Of a stretch of 64,000 nt of DNA, positions 38,055 through 48,165 are shown in pieces; the stretch's first letter is position 1, and each line of letters begins with the position of its first letter. Source of the DNA: Vermamoeba vermiformis (taxonomy: Eukaryota); assembly GCA_045837725.1 (NCBI GenBank), contig JBEWZL010000121.1:372001-436000 (forward strand), read 5' to 3'. The notes below the pieces were generated by a model. The model was not told where the DNA came from. It ran no database searches and worked only from the letters and a program-made list of their open reading frames with translations. The position numbers and the translations under genes were made by a program.

Positions 38055-40281
38055 ATGGAAGTCACAAATCTTGCAGATATATCACTAGATCATTATAAAG
38101 ACATAATTACCGACGAATTATACAATGATCTGCTCGAGAAGGTCAAACCATTTGTAGGCAAAACTGTTGTGCACTTCAATGCCACGGCAATTGGTGGTGG
38201 TGTCGCGGAGCTCTTGCAAGGCTTGGTATGTGTTATATTTAAATATATGATACCAATACATCGCCTTTTGTGGCTTACATTTAAACCTGAGTTCCATAAA
38301 AGCCGATCTGAAAAATGACACGCGAAAATTATTTTCCTACTAGGCCGTATTTTACAGCGACCTAGTCGTATAATTCCTTATTTAATATTGTTCTATTAAT
38401 ATCGCGGCTTATTTTCATTCCGTCGTGCATAATTGCGTTGCGAAAATTCGTCTCGAGACGACATCATTGGACTCACGTCTGACAGTTACTGACCAACCGA
38501 TTACAATTAGGTACCACTCATGCGCAGTGTCGGAATTAATACTCGATGGTTCGTAATTCCGCCAAAGTTCGAATCGTTCTTCAAGATCACGAAGAAGATC
38601 CACAACTGTTTGCAAGGCTCTGTCTCCTCGGAATTAACGAAAGAAGAGGAAAAAACATATATAGAGACTAGCAAGCAACTCGCCGAGGTTATGAAAGAGG
38701 TCCACGCTGATTATTGGTTTGTGCACGATCCGCAACCTTTAGGCACCATTTCGTACCTGGCTCAGAAGGTTAGTCTTTGCAAAAATTTATTCCACGTGGC
38801 GATTACTAAATTAATAACAGAGGGCGGATCTGAAGGCGATTTGGCGGTGTCATATTGACTTGGCTGATGCCTCGTGCGAGTGCTGGCATTGGCTCCAGAG
38901 ATTCGTCCGACACTGCGACATCACGATATTTTCAATGAAAGAATTCGTGCCACGTGGCTTCAGATCGCCGCATTTCATAGTACGTTCAGTGAATACTTGC
39001 AAAGATGAATTAAGTCTTCTAACTCGAACGGTTTTTTTCAGATGTTCCCCGCGATAGATCCGCTTCGTCCTAAGAACAAGGAAATGTCGAGCGATGAAGC
39101 CAAGAGGATATTGAGGTACTTCGGGGTCGACACTAATAGGCCTGTTATTGCACAAGTCTCGCGATTCGATCCGTGGAAAGATCCAGTCGGTGTCATCAAG
39201 GCGTATAAACTGGCGAAGAAGCAGATCCCTGACTTGCAATTGATTCTCATGGGTCTCATTCAAGCACGAGGTAGATTTATATATCTATATTTAGGCCTTA
39301 CCGTCGATACTAATAGTGCGCTAATGTGTCTAACATGGTATCTTTGTGCAGACGATCCAGAACAAGAAGAGTACCTGAACAAATCGAAAGAGTATGCAGG
39401 CGATGACAAAGATGTGATTTTCATCTCAGATCCGAACAACTTGCCCGCTGACAATGATACAGTCGTGAATGCAGTGCAGAGTGGATCCGACATCGTCATT
39501 CAGAAGTCGTTGCGCGAAGGATTTGGCTTGGTCGTCACTGAAGCAATGTGGAAAGGCAAGGCTGTAATCGCTGGAAGGTAAGCACCCAAAATTAGATTGG
39601 GCCATTTGAAATTTGACTTTGTCGTGGATGTGGGGCTGAAATCATTCTTTGTGGTGGATCCGTGCCCAGGCTCGGAAATAGGGACCCGAACTCTGAGTTG
39701 CGGAGCGTCTCGGGCACGACCACACTAACAAGAATGCACCGCTTCCCGTCCGATCAGCGAAGTTAAGCTTGTTCAGGCCTTCTTAGTACTGGGGTAGGAG
39801 ACTACCTGGGAATCGGAGGTGTTGTGCTCTTTACTTTTTTGCTTTTTACTCTTTGATCCTTCCTTCGCCGTAGTGCCAATAGTACTTACGTCTGAGTTGT
39901 TTCCAGTCCTTCCGCTGGATCTGCTGAATTTTTTAACTCAAGATCCAATTTTTTGTGCAAATAACTCGCAGTAAAATTAGTACTCATACTTTAATCTTTA
40001 GGGTTGGTGGCATTAAAGCCCAAATCGATGACGGCAAGACAGGTTTCTTGGTGGATCCAGTCAACATTGAGGAGACAGCTGAAAAGATCGTGTATTTGAT
40101 CTCTAACCCCGCAGCGTGCCAAAAGATCTCTGAAGCGGCACGAGAGAGTGTCAGAATGAACTTCTTGTTGCCGAGAATGATGTACAATCATTTGTTGCTG
40201 TTCGCTGAACTTGACAAGATCAAGTACGAAGAACCGAGCTCCGAATCGGAGTCTGAGGGTACCGTTGTACAGCAGTCATAG
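38055..40281 (+). CDS. treT: GT4 trehalose synthase (TreT) / trehalose phosphorylase-like glycosyltransferase; multi-exon
   Basis: HFNATAIGGGVAELL, FFKITKKIHNCLQG, VHDPQP, IWRCHID, PAIDPL..KN, QVSRFDPWKDP.GVI, DDPE, QKSLREGFGLVVTEAMWKGK.VI, VGGIK.QI.DG.TGFLV. Confidence 0.9.
39600..39667 (+). repeat. Degenerate inverted copy of 5S rRNA nt 1-68 (left arm of a fold-back)
   Basis: Ungapped hand alignment to the reverse complement of 39712-39779: 35/68 identical plus 8 G-U-compatible differences; exact blocks GGCC, CATTCTT, CGTGCCC. Confidence 0.65.
39712..39830 (+). rRNA. 5S ribosomal RNA gene, nested in the last intron (39578-40001) of the TreT-like gene
   Basis: 119 nt with eukaryotic 5S landmarks CCCGTCCGATC, GAAGTTAAGC (A box), TTAGTACT, GGAGAC (C box), TGGGAA; terminal helix GGGCACGAC/GTTGTGCTC; T-rich Pol III terminator immediately after. 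Confidence 0.95.
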
Positions 40282-40651
40282 TCAAGCATAGGATAATATA
40301 CTATAGTGTATTCTCAAATAATAAACGCTTATTTATTCTCCTATTATACAAACTTGAGTTACTTGTACTGACACTGTCCATCTATCTTGTAATGATAAGA
40401 ATGTCACATTGGAACTTATTGCGCGTTTACTCAAATCGATTTAAACGCTCTCTGATTGGTCAATTTTGTTACGAAAATGGAAATTGCGAAATCATCGACA
40501 AGCTTAAAATCGAAAACGTTTCTATCCATTCCAACTCAGTTAATTGTACAGAATACCGCATAGGAGGTGCTTATTGTAGTCATTTGATAGACTCTTTCGG
40601 ACCTTCTTATTGTCATAATTCTTTAGTTTTGTATTTTATATTTCTTTCGAT

Positions 40652-42194
40652 ATGTCGCAACAGAACTTGTATCCGCCAATTGAAGGCGAAACTAGCGTGC
40701 CTACTGATTACACTCCGACTCCTGGCGCTGAGCCTGTGAGCAATGTCGATGAAGATGTAATCCAGGCGGGATTGAACAAGTTCAAATCCATCAGCCGTGC
40801 TTTCCAATTGCACTTATTGATTGCATTCAGCGTTTGTAGTTTATTATTTTTCAGTAAGTACTCTTCTAATTAATTTCTATCTTTTTTTCGCATCCGAAAA
40901 AACGAAATAAAAATCTGATTTATTTGCTTATTGGTTATTTTATTAAAAATACTATGCGCATAGCATGAAGATGATTTTCATCATGATTAAAAAATATTTT
41001 AATTAAAGAAACTTTTTTTCGATTGATTTTGCGATCTAACCCGTATCTTTAGTTTGGCATTGGTCTGTTGAACCCAATCCACAAGACGGTTTTTGGTGGT
41101 AAGTGCTCGATAACAATCGTTAAATCGATCACATTCTTCGTACTCTTTAATCGATCAGAAATTTTCGATCCGGATTCCTTGCCCACATTTCAGGAAAACC
41201 AAATGGTTAATTAATACTTATATGAATAGGTGGGTCTATCCTTTCTTCTTCTTCGCGATGACTTTGAGTGCACATTACTTCTTTGGCGCCAAGCAATATT
41301 ACGAAGGAGTTTTGGCGCTTGTTGTGATTGCTAACGTGATGATGTTTATGACTTGGGGCCTTACTAAGTCCACTGGTAAGTACTACATATCATTCATATT
41401 GATCGTGCAGCCGTTGGACTGAGATCCAGCCCGTTACAAATTTATTGATCCTGGATGTGGTTGCTTACAAATGATTCCAGGTTGGTGGTTTATCTTCCCT
41501 ATGTTCGGCTCAGCTATGGTGCTCGTTGTCATTCAAAAGCTGATCACTGGCAGCAAGACCTGGTTCCAAGTTATTACGCACGAGTACGCTTTGATCAACG
41601 GCATGTTGTTCTTGACTTGGCTCACTTTCGGCCAGGTAATTAATACTACTTATAACAATATTATAGGGTCTATGCTATTATTTGCGGAGTTGATTCAATT
41701 TTAAGAAATTTTTTGTACACGCGTTAGATGCAGATCTGCAGTTTATTTTTCTACGAACAAAGAGGTTTTTAATCAATATACTTATTTAATTATATTAGGG
41801 CTTCCCTTGGTTCATCTACCCGTTGTTCTTGCTCGCTCTCCCGTTGATTGTGTACCGTTTGAAGTACGTCCACAATGAGACCCGCACGTGGGTTATGGTC
41901 GGTGTAGTGCTGTTGGACATCAACATCGTCTTGTTCCTCACTTGGGGATTCACTAACGTCGCCTTCCCCTGGTGGCCCTTCCCTGCAGCTGCTTCTTTGG
42001 CCCTCGTCGTGTGGTTGTACATGCGCTGGAAGAACGGTGTCGGACAATTCGAGCGCGTTGGTAATTACAACCCGTCGCAAGTCTACGATCCTGTAGATGC
42101 TACTCCCCAAGCTGCCCCTCAATACTTTGTGGCACCACAGAACGATGCTGTCGCTGAGGTCTATCCGCCTTACAACAGCGCTACTAACGTCTAA
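40652..42194 (+). CDS. Polytopic membrane protein with repeated 2TM-like units; multi-exon
   Basis: About four to five repeats of helix-(T/I)W...W[WF][IVP][YF]P-helix, e.g. FQLHLL...WVYPFF...AHY, WFIFPM, WFIYPL, WWPFP. Confidence 0.72.
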
Positions 42195-42570
42195 AAGTAG
42201 ATCCGATTATTAATTACCTTGTACGTATTGCGATTAAAATTTTTGCTTATTAATTGTACAACGGCGTTTATTATCATTGAGAAAGCAAAGCATAATGCTG
42301 GTCAATTCCATATAATTTACAAGTTGACATTCGGATCGGACTTGATCCGGATCGCGAAACTATATTGTGGATTAGATGTCCGTAAGGGGTTCTACCATAG
42401 CATGAAACGCATTATATAGAAGATTGGTCTCAAACAATTCCACTGCTTTATTATAACACAGAACGTACTACACGACCAAGTGCGTCTTTCGCTGACCAAT
42501 CACGGCTCAGAATACCGCGGCTTAAAGGCTAGAATAAGTGTCAGTTCATCGCGTGTGTGCCGGCACAGTG

Positions 42571-44198
42571 TCAGCCAGTGGCAATGGTAGGTTCGGGCAG
42601 ACTAACACCAATCGATTGTAATATCTGCCGCGCGTATTCTGTGAGTGCTGCGACGTCTTTTTCGTACAAGAAGCACATGAACAACGAGTGCCGGTCTGAA
42701 AGTCTTGGTTTCAGGCCAATTGACAGCCAGTACGGAATGTAGCTCGTCAAATCGTCCATTGAACTTCCGCTATGCACGGCGCTCACTTCAAAGTTTTTTG
42801 TTGGTTCGTTTTCTTTCTTAATCAAGGTAACCAATACTTGCGCGTCCGCAGAAAGAGATTTTACGTGGATGCTCTCGGATGCACCAATTGTCGTCAATAA
42901 ATTCAGCTTGCTGCCATCAAAAAATTCAATATCCGAGACCTCGTAATTTCTATCGTTCTGTTTGGGCAATAATACTAGCACTCCATCGACTAGCGACAAT
43001 TGTTCTTTAAGACTTAATAACGTCTCTATACCAAATTTGGTAATAACGAGCACGTTCCATTCATGAATAGTACGACGCCTCCATAGTTGAAAATTTCTTG
43101 AGGCTACTTCTTGTGTAAATTGCTGCTGCTCCAATACTGTTCGTAATAACTGGATGTGCTCTTGACTGAACGAAATTATATTGGCTTGAAAAATCGTTTG
43201 CGTAGCGTTGTTGTCGTATTTGAGTGTACTTTGCTGGTCCAGATCTCGCCGCATCTGATCCAGAGTGATATTGAACCGATGAAATTTCATTCGATACGGT
43301 CCGTGACGTGCTGACGTAAATAATATAATTATTACTATATTCAATAATAATATTATTATTGCATTAAGCAAAATTAAGCGGAAAAATAATAGGCAACGAA
43401 AATAAATTTGTACACTAATGTACGCGTTAAACATACCTGTCGGGCGGTATTAATACGTCTATTATAAAACTGAAGTTGAAATTTCCGCTGGTAAACTCAA
43501 AATAACGTGGTCCTGTTTGCTTCGGAGTGTGAATCTGAAACAGCGTGGAGCTTTCTAGGGCATTGACTTTTTCAATTTTAACTGGATTCCTCTCAGGCTG
43601 TATTTTTAATGAGCAATTGGCTATGCCTATCAAAATCCAATAAACGGTGCGGATCTGCAGCGTTGTAGAACTGTCAAAGATTCTGCCAATTTGTTTGATT
43701 TTGTTGCATATATCGTCGACTGATTTTCGTTTAGTGCCTATTGATTTCTTGTTTGCATATAAAATTAGCGTTTGATGGGCCAAGCTTGTTTCATTTTGTT
43801 CGCTACTTTCGGAAAAACCATTGAAACTGAAGGAAGGCTCGACTGCGTAGCTAAATTGCGTATCATATTGAAAAGCCTCTGATAAGGCAGTAATTATGTT
43901 GGCATCAGAAGTGCCCTCAACGTCCACTCGCGCTCGTTTTGGTTGTGTTTGCCTTTCGAAAAACAATTAATTAATAGTGAACTTACGAGAAGTTTAGCGA
44001 CGTTATAATGCTTGTTAATGCTAGATATAAGGTATTCTAAAGCAAATAGTACCCGTTCTCGTCTTCGTCCTGCGCATCAGATTCAGTTATTTCTGAGTAC
44101 TTCCTTTTCATAGACGGGGCTTCTACTGTCATTGCCGACCCGATTGTGGTTCTAGTCGTATCGTTTCTGTTATCTTCAACCATGTCTCTTGTTCGCAT
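42571..44198 (-). CDS. Hypothetical protein; three exons
   Basis: Long ORFs 43427-43966 and 42571-43434 separated by an AT-rich GT-AG intron; short upstream exon with an NLS-like KRK; no family recognised. Confidence 0.55.
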
Positions 44199-44731
44199 CT
44201 GTGTTTATTAAAATTTAAAAAGTCCGGCCGGAACAGAGCGGCCGTAATACCACAAAAATGAGTACAATGATTGCTCATTGTTGGATTGAAGATTACTGGG
44301 TGATATCATCAAATAAATGAAACGATCCAACGTCGATCCGGGCCAGCTTTGACCGATCAAATTATCTGTCCTCCAAAAATTGTTCTGTTCGTGTTGGTAA
44401 AATGAGCGCTAATATTACATTTATTTTTTTACCTCTATGTCAAGTCACTACCACAATGCAGCACAAACATGTTGTGTTTCTCTTTGCTTTCCGGATGCTG
44501 CCTGTCAGTAATTCTAAATTAACTACCCAAAATGGCGTGCCGGTATTTTCTATGTCGTGTTGCATCGTTAAAGAATATTTGTTTTCCTTGGGCATTCCTA
44601 TTCTTCAGCCACGTGCGTGTCATTTTTTTTCTTTTAGGAAAGGCAAGGTGAAACTTCAAAGCTAGTTGCGAGGATACCACCAATAGCACATCTTCTGTTC
44701 GGATATTTTTCTATTTACAGAATCTGCCATC

Positions 44732-44971
44732 ATGAGCCAAAATACGAATTCAAATCCAATCCAAAACATCGTCTCAGAACTAGATGAGGCCAAGAATAGT
44801 TTTGAGAGTCTTAAAATACAAGGCACGAGTAGCGAGCATCAAGGTCAGTAGAAATCATAACATTCAGAACGAAATTTTCCTTTACTGATCGCAGATGTTC
44901 TTAGAGCTTGTAGCGCTATTGCTTGGTATATGCTACAACCGGGTCGACATGTTAAACAAGATCATCACTAA
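44732..44971 (+). CDS. Putative small (~62 aa) two-exon protein
   Basis: ATG at 44732, intron gtcagt...tactgatcgcag preserves frame: MSQNTNSNPIQNIVSELDEAKNSFESLKIQGTSSEHQ|DVLRACSAIAWYMLQPGRHVKQDHH*. Confidence 0.45.
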
Positions 44972-45102
44972 GCAAAACGAAGACAAAGAGAATAATCCGA
45001 ATTAAATTACAAAAAAAATTGCTGTATACTTTGTAAAATACGAGCCGCGGATATTTGTAAATTCAAAATCGCTTTATTTAATATACATAATAAATATTTG
45101 AA

Positions 45103-45589
45103 CTAATTGTTGTACTCCAAAATATGGTTGTCTTTGTTGGATGAAGAATTCAAACTCCATCCAAAAAGGAGCGCTAGGCTGCGAAATAAATCCCAACATT
45201 CGTTGTTATTCAAATTTTCGGCTCTGATTTCGTCTTCTGCAATTTGCTTCAATTCATTTGGCAACCAGTCCGAATTTGCTTGCAAAATTTGTTGGGCAAA
45301 TACATTCGTGTAGTTGGTCTTAGGAGGTTTGTCTGTTTCTATATATATTATTACTATAATCAAATATATATATTTGACGCTGCTTACCATCAACGGATAT
45401 GTTTTTGGGGACCGCGGTCTGAGGACAAGGCATCTTCAAGTGAATGGGCGCAAAGAGGAGCTTGTTGGAGATAATTTCGAGGTCGTTATTCAGTTGCTGC
45501 AGCTCCTGAGTAATAGCTGCGTCTATAAATAAGGATTGAGCCCGCTGAAAGATCTGGATTTTGTTTGACTTACCTGCTGCGTTGTCCAT
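45103..45589 (-). CDS. Hypothetical small protein (~125 aa); three coding exons
   Basis: MDNAA|DAAITQELQQ...ISVD|ETDKPPK...YNN* joined by two canonical gtaag..ag introns in frame. Confidence 0.55.
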
Positions 45590-46219
45590 AGCGTTGGCTT
45601 AATACAAATAGCAGCTAGCATTGCTAGTCTCTTTAAATACGTAGCCTGTATCGGAGCAAATTTGACGAAAGTCACGTAAATTTCGATCAGTTAAAGATCT
45701 GGCAACAACGGTTCGGCGTTTCCCGAGCTAAACGAAAAGGTTATCTCGAAGTACGTACTTCAAATTAATGCAAGGACGCGAGGACGTTCAAGAAATTAAC
45801 GGTTGCGAAAGGCGGGAGTGACATGAGGTATGGATGCGTGCGGATGAAAAAAATTGAACTATAACGGCCAGCAAAAAAGGTAGAAAACTAGGGCAGGTAA
45901 TTTTTTGAAATTATCTGTTCGGCCACATAATACAAAGAGGTGAGTATTACCTTGAATTTCTTCGTTTTGCCCTGTCACTCCGAATTTCCGGGAGTTCTCT
46001 GCCAGTTATTTTTATTCCGCTGTCACCTGTGAACCTGATTATGCTGCTAAGAGCTTCTTAGTTGCGTAGGAGGACGTTATCAGACATAATATCAGTGAAT
46101 TCAACATAGTAGAAGAAAAAATTGAAAAGGATTTTTTGGGCTTGACCTGTCAAGTCCGATTGCAAACTGGTAATAACAGCCTGCTATATAAAGGGAACTG
46201 CTCAACGCAAAATAACAAT

Positions 46220-47839
46220 TTATTTGCTTATAAGTTGCGTTGCTAGCTCGACGTTGTAAAATTCAAATATTTTGAGCCAGATCTCCAACGGCAGCACGGA
46301 TCCAGTCCTCAATATATTCGACAATATAATAGTAATAACACCTCGCTGTTGTATGTTCCGTCGAAGCCACAAGTCAATTCTGTAATCGCTTGACCAGGGC
46401 TTGAAGTACAATAATGTCGTGTTAATAGGGATCAATTCATTAACAACCAACTCTATGCACGAATTTACGCTTAAAGATGCTGCTAATGACATTTCCAAAT
46501 ATAGTAATGTTTTGTTGACTTTGAGAACTTCGACAATTATTTTGAATCGATGTACTTCTACTACTCGCGACGGTGATTCAGTGAGTGTAAGGCTTTGAAT
46601 GTGCTTATTGACTAGTAACATATTACATATAGCACTGATCTTGGGGTCTGATAATGAAGCATTCCTAAATGATAGTTTTTTCAGTTTGGTGTTGTTTTTT
46701 AATCCATTTGCCAAGTCAGTCATTGTCTCTAGGCTGAGTGCAGTAACAATGTCTAATTCGTTCACGTGACAATTCTCTGAATTTAATCCTTCGACTAATG
46801 TTTGCATGTCAACACCGACCATCGTGTGCAAGTGTAGTTTGGTCAAGTTGCCAGTCATAACTGCTTGCCCCAAATTACCTGGCTGAAATGCTGTATTTAC
46901 GCCGTTATATGCGAAAAGTGAGAGTGATCGGAGGTTGACACTTAAAAAGTTGACACTTTGACACTTTGACGCTGTCAACTTGAAAAACGTTCCTCGTTCA
47001 CACGTCAAATCAGTAATTGTAGTATTTGATTGCAGAGCCTCGGTCAATGGTTCGGTTAAATAGAAGTTGGTTATATCTAATGTCTTGAGCTTGGTCAGTT
47101 TGTAAAGGGATCTCGCAAATTGATTGGACAAGTGTTGCTGTTTGACGTTGTTAATAACGAGCTTTGTGAGGTTAAAATATCCCTCGATGGCTTCTAAGAA
47201 TTTACTACTCTTAGCGTCCATCCACGTAAAATCTCTAAGCTGAAGTTCGACCAGATTTGTTTTCGGATTTACTTTTTCGAGATCTACAAGGTTGTAACCA
47301 ACGTCTTTGCCGCTAAGAATTAACTTTGTTAGCGAGGTATTAGCTGCTATTGCTGGAATCGTGTCATGTAGTGCATGTTTAACGTTATCTATTTTCAAAG
47401 ATTTTAAGTTGGAGCAGATCTTCATTGTTTCGACTAATTGCTGGCAATATTCCTTGCTTATACCTCGTATTAGCCTTAAATGTATCATCGCTGGTTCTTT
47501 GAGCAGTAATTTGCATAAATGCGAAACAGCGTGGCCTCGCAGATCCACGACCAAAAATGCTATCTCTTCCAGTGTGCTTATTTTCAATAATTTTGAACAT
47601 ATAACTGCACCATCATCTACAAATCTTGTATTTTTGAATATTATAGACTTGATTGACGGCTTGATAAGCTTGAAGAATCGTTCATTAGAGGATTTGCCAA
47701 AACTGCAACGGATGACCTCGATCTTGTTGACTGATGCGAGCAATTTTTTGTTTTTTTCCAAGAAGGTAATTATTTGCTGCAAATTAGGCTCGTCTAGCTG
47801 TTGAAATACGATGCTGGATAATTTCTTGCTGATCTCCAA
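46220..47839 (-). CDS. RNI-like leucine-rich-repeat protein with a C-terminal F-box-like motif; true start probably in a small upstream exon
   Basis: 539-aa uninterrupted ORF; repeats L..NT.LT.L.L; ends LPLEIWLKIFEFY. Confidence 0.8.
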   Translation of the reverse strand: MEISKKLSSIVFQQLDEPNLQQIITFLEKNKKLLASVNKIEVIRCSFGKSSNERFFKLIKPSIKSIIFKNTRFVDDGAVICSKLLKISTLEEIAFLVVDLRGHAVSHLCKLLLKEPAMIHLRLIRGISKEYCQQLVETMKICSNLKSLKIDNVKHALHDTIPAIAANTSLTKLILSGKDVGYNLVDLEKVNPKTNLVELQLRDFTWMDAKSSKFLEAIEGYFNLTKLVINNVKQQHLSNQFARSLYKLTKLKTLDITNFYLTEPLTEALQSNTTITDLTCERGTFFKLTASKCQSVNFLSVNLRSLSLFAYNGVNTAFQPGNLGQAVMTGNLTKLHLHTMVGVDMQTLVEGLNSENCHVNELDIVTALSLETMTDLANGLKNNTKLKKLSFRNASLSDPKISAICNMLLVNKHIQSLTLTESPSRVVEVHRFKIIVEVLKVNKTLLYLEMSLAASLSVNSCIELVVNELIPINTTLLYFKPWSSDYRIDLWLRRNIQQRGVITIILSNILRTGSVLPLEIWLKIFEFYNVELATQLISK

Positions 47840-48165
47840 TACACGCGCTGTATTCTTGCCAGTGCGCTACTTTGCTTTCTGTGATTACAATCGTATCCTA
47901 ATAATTATAAAAATTATTATTTCGATAATTATCAACCTTTTGGCAAAGTTCTAACTCGCAATCCCCGAGGAGATGGCAGGCGATCTGGTTGTCTTACCAT
48001 TCCTTTCGCTGCATCTATTAAATTATGTACATTGCAGCAACTACAAGTCGTTAGTTGTGCCTGTTTTCTTATTAGAAAGGTTAATAATGAAAAAATTACG
48101 CGAAAATCTTTGGCCTTGGAAACAAAACTATCCGCACTATATTTACATTATCATATTTACAATAT

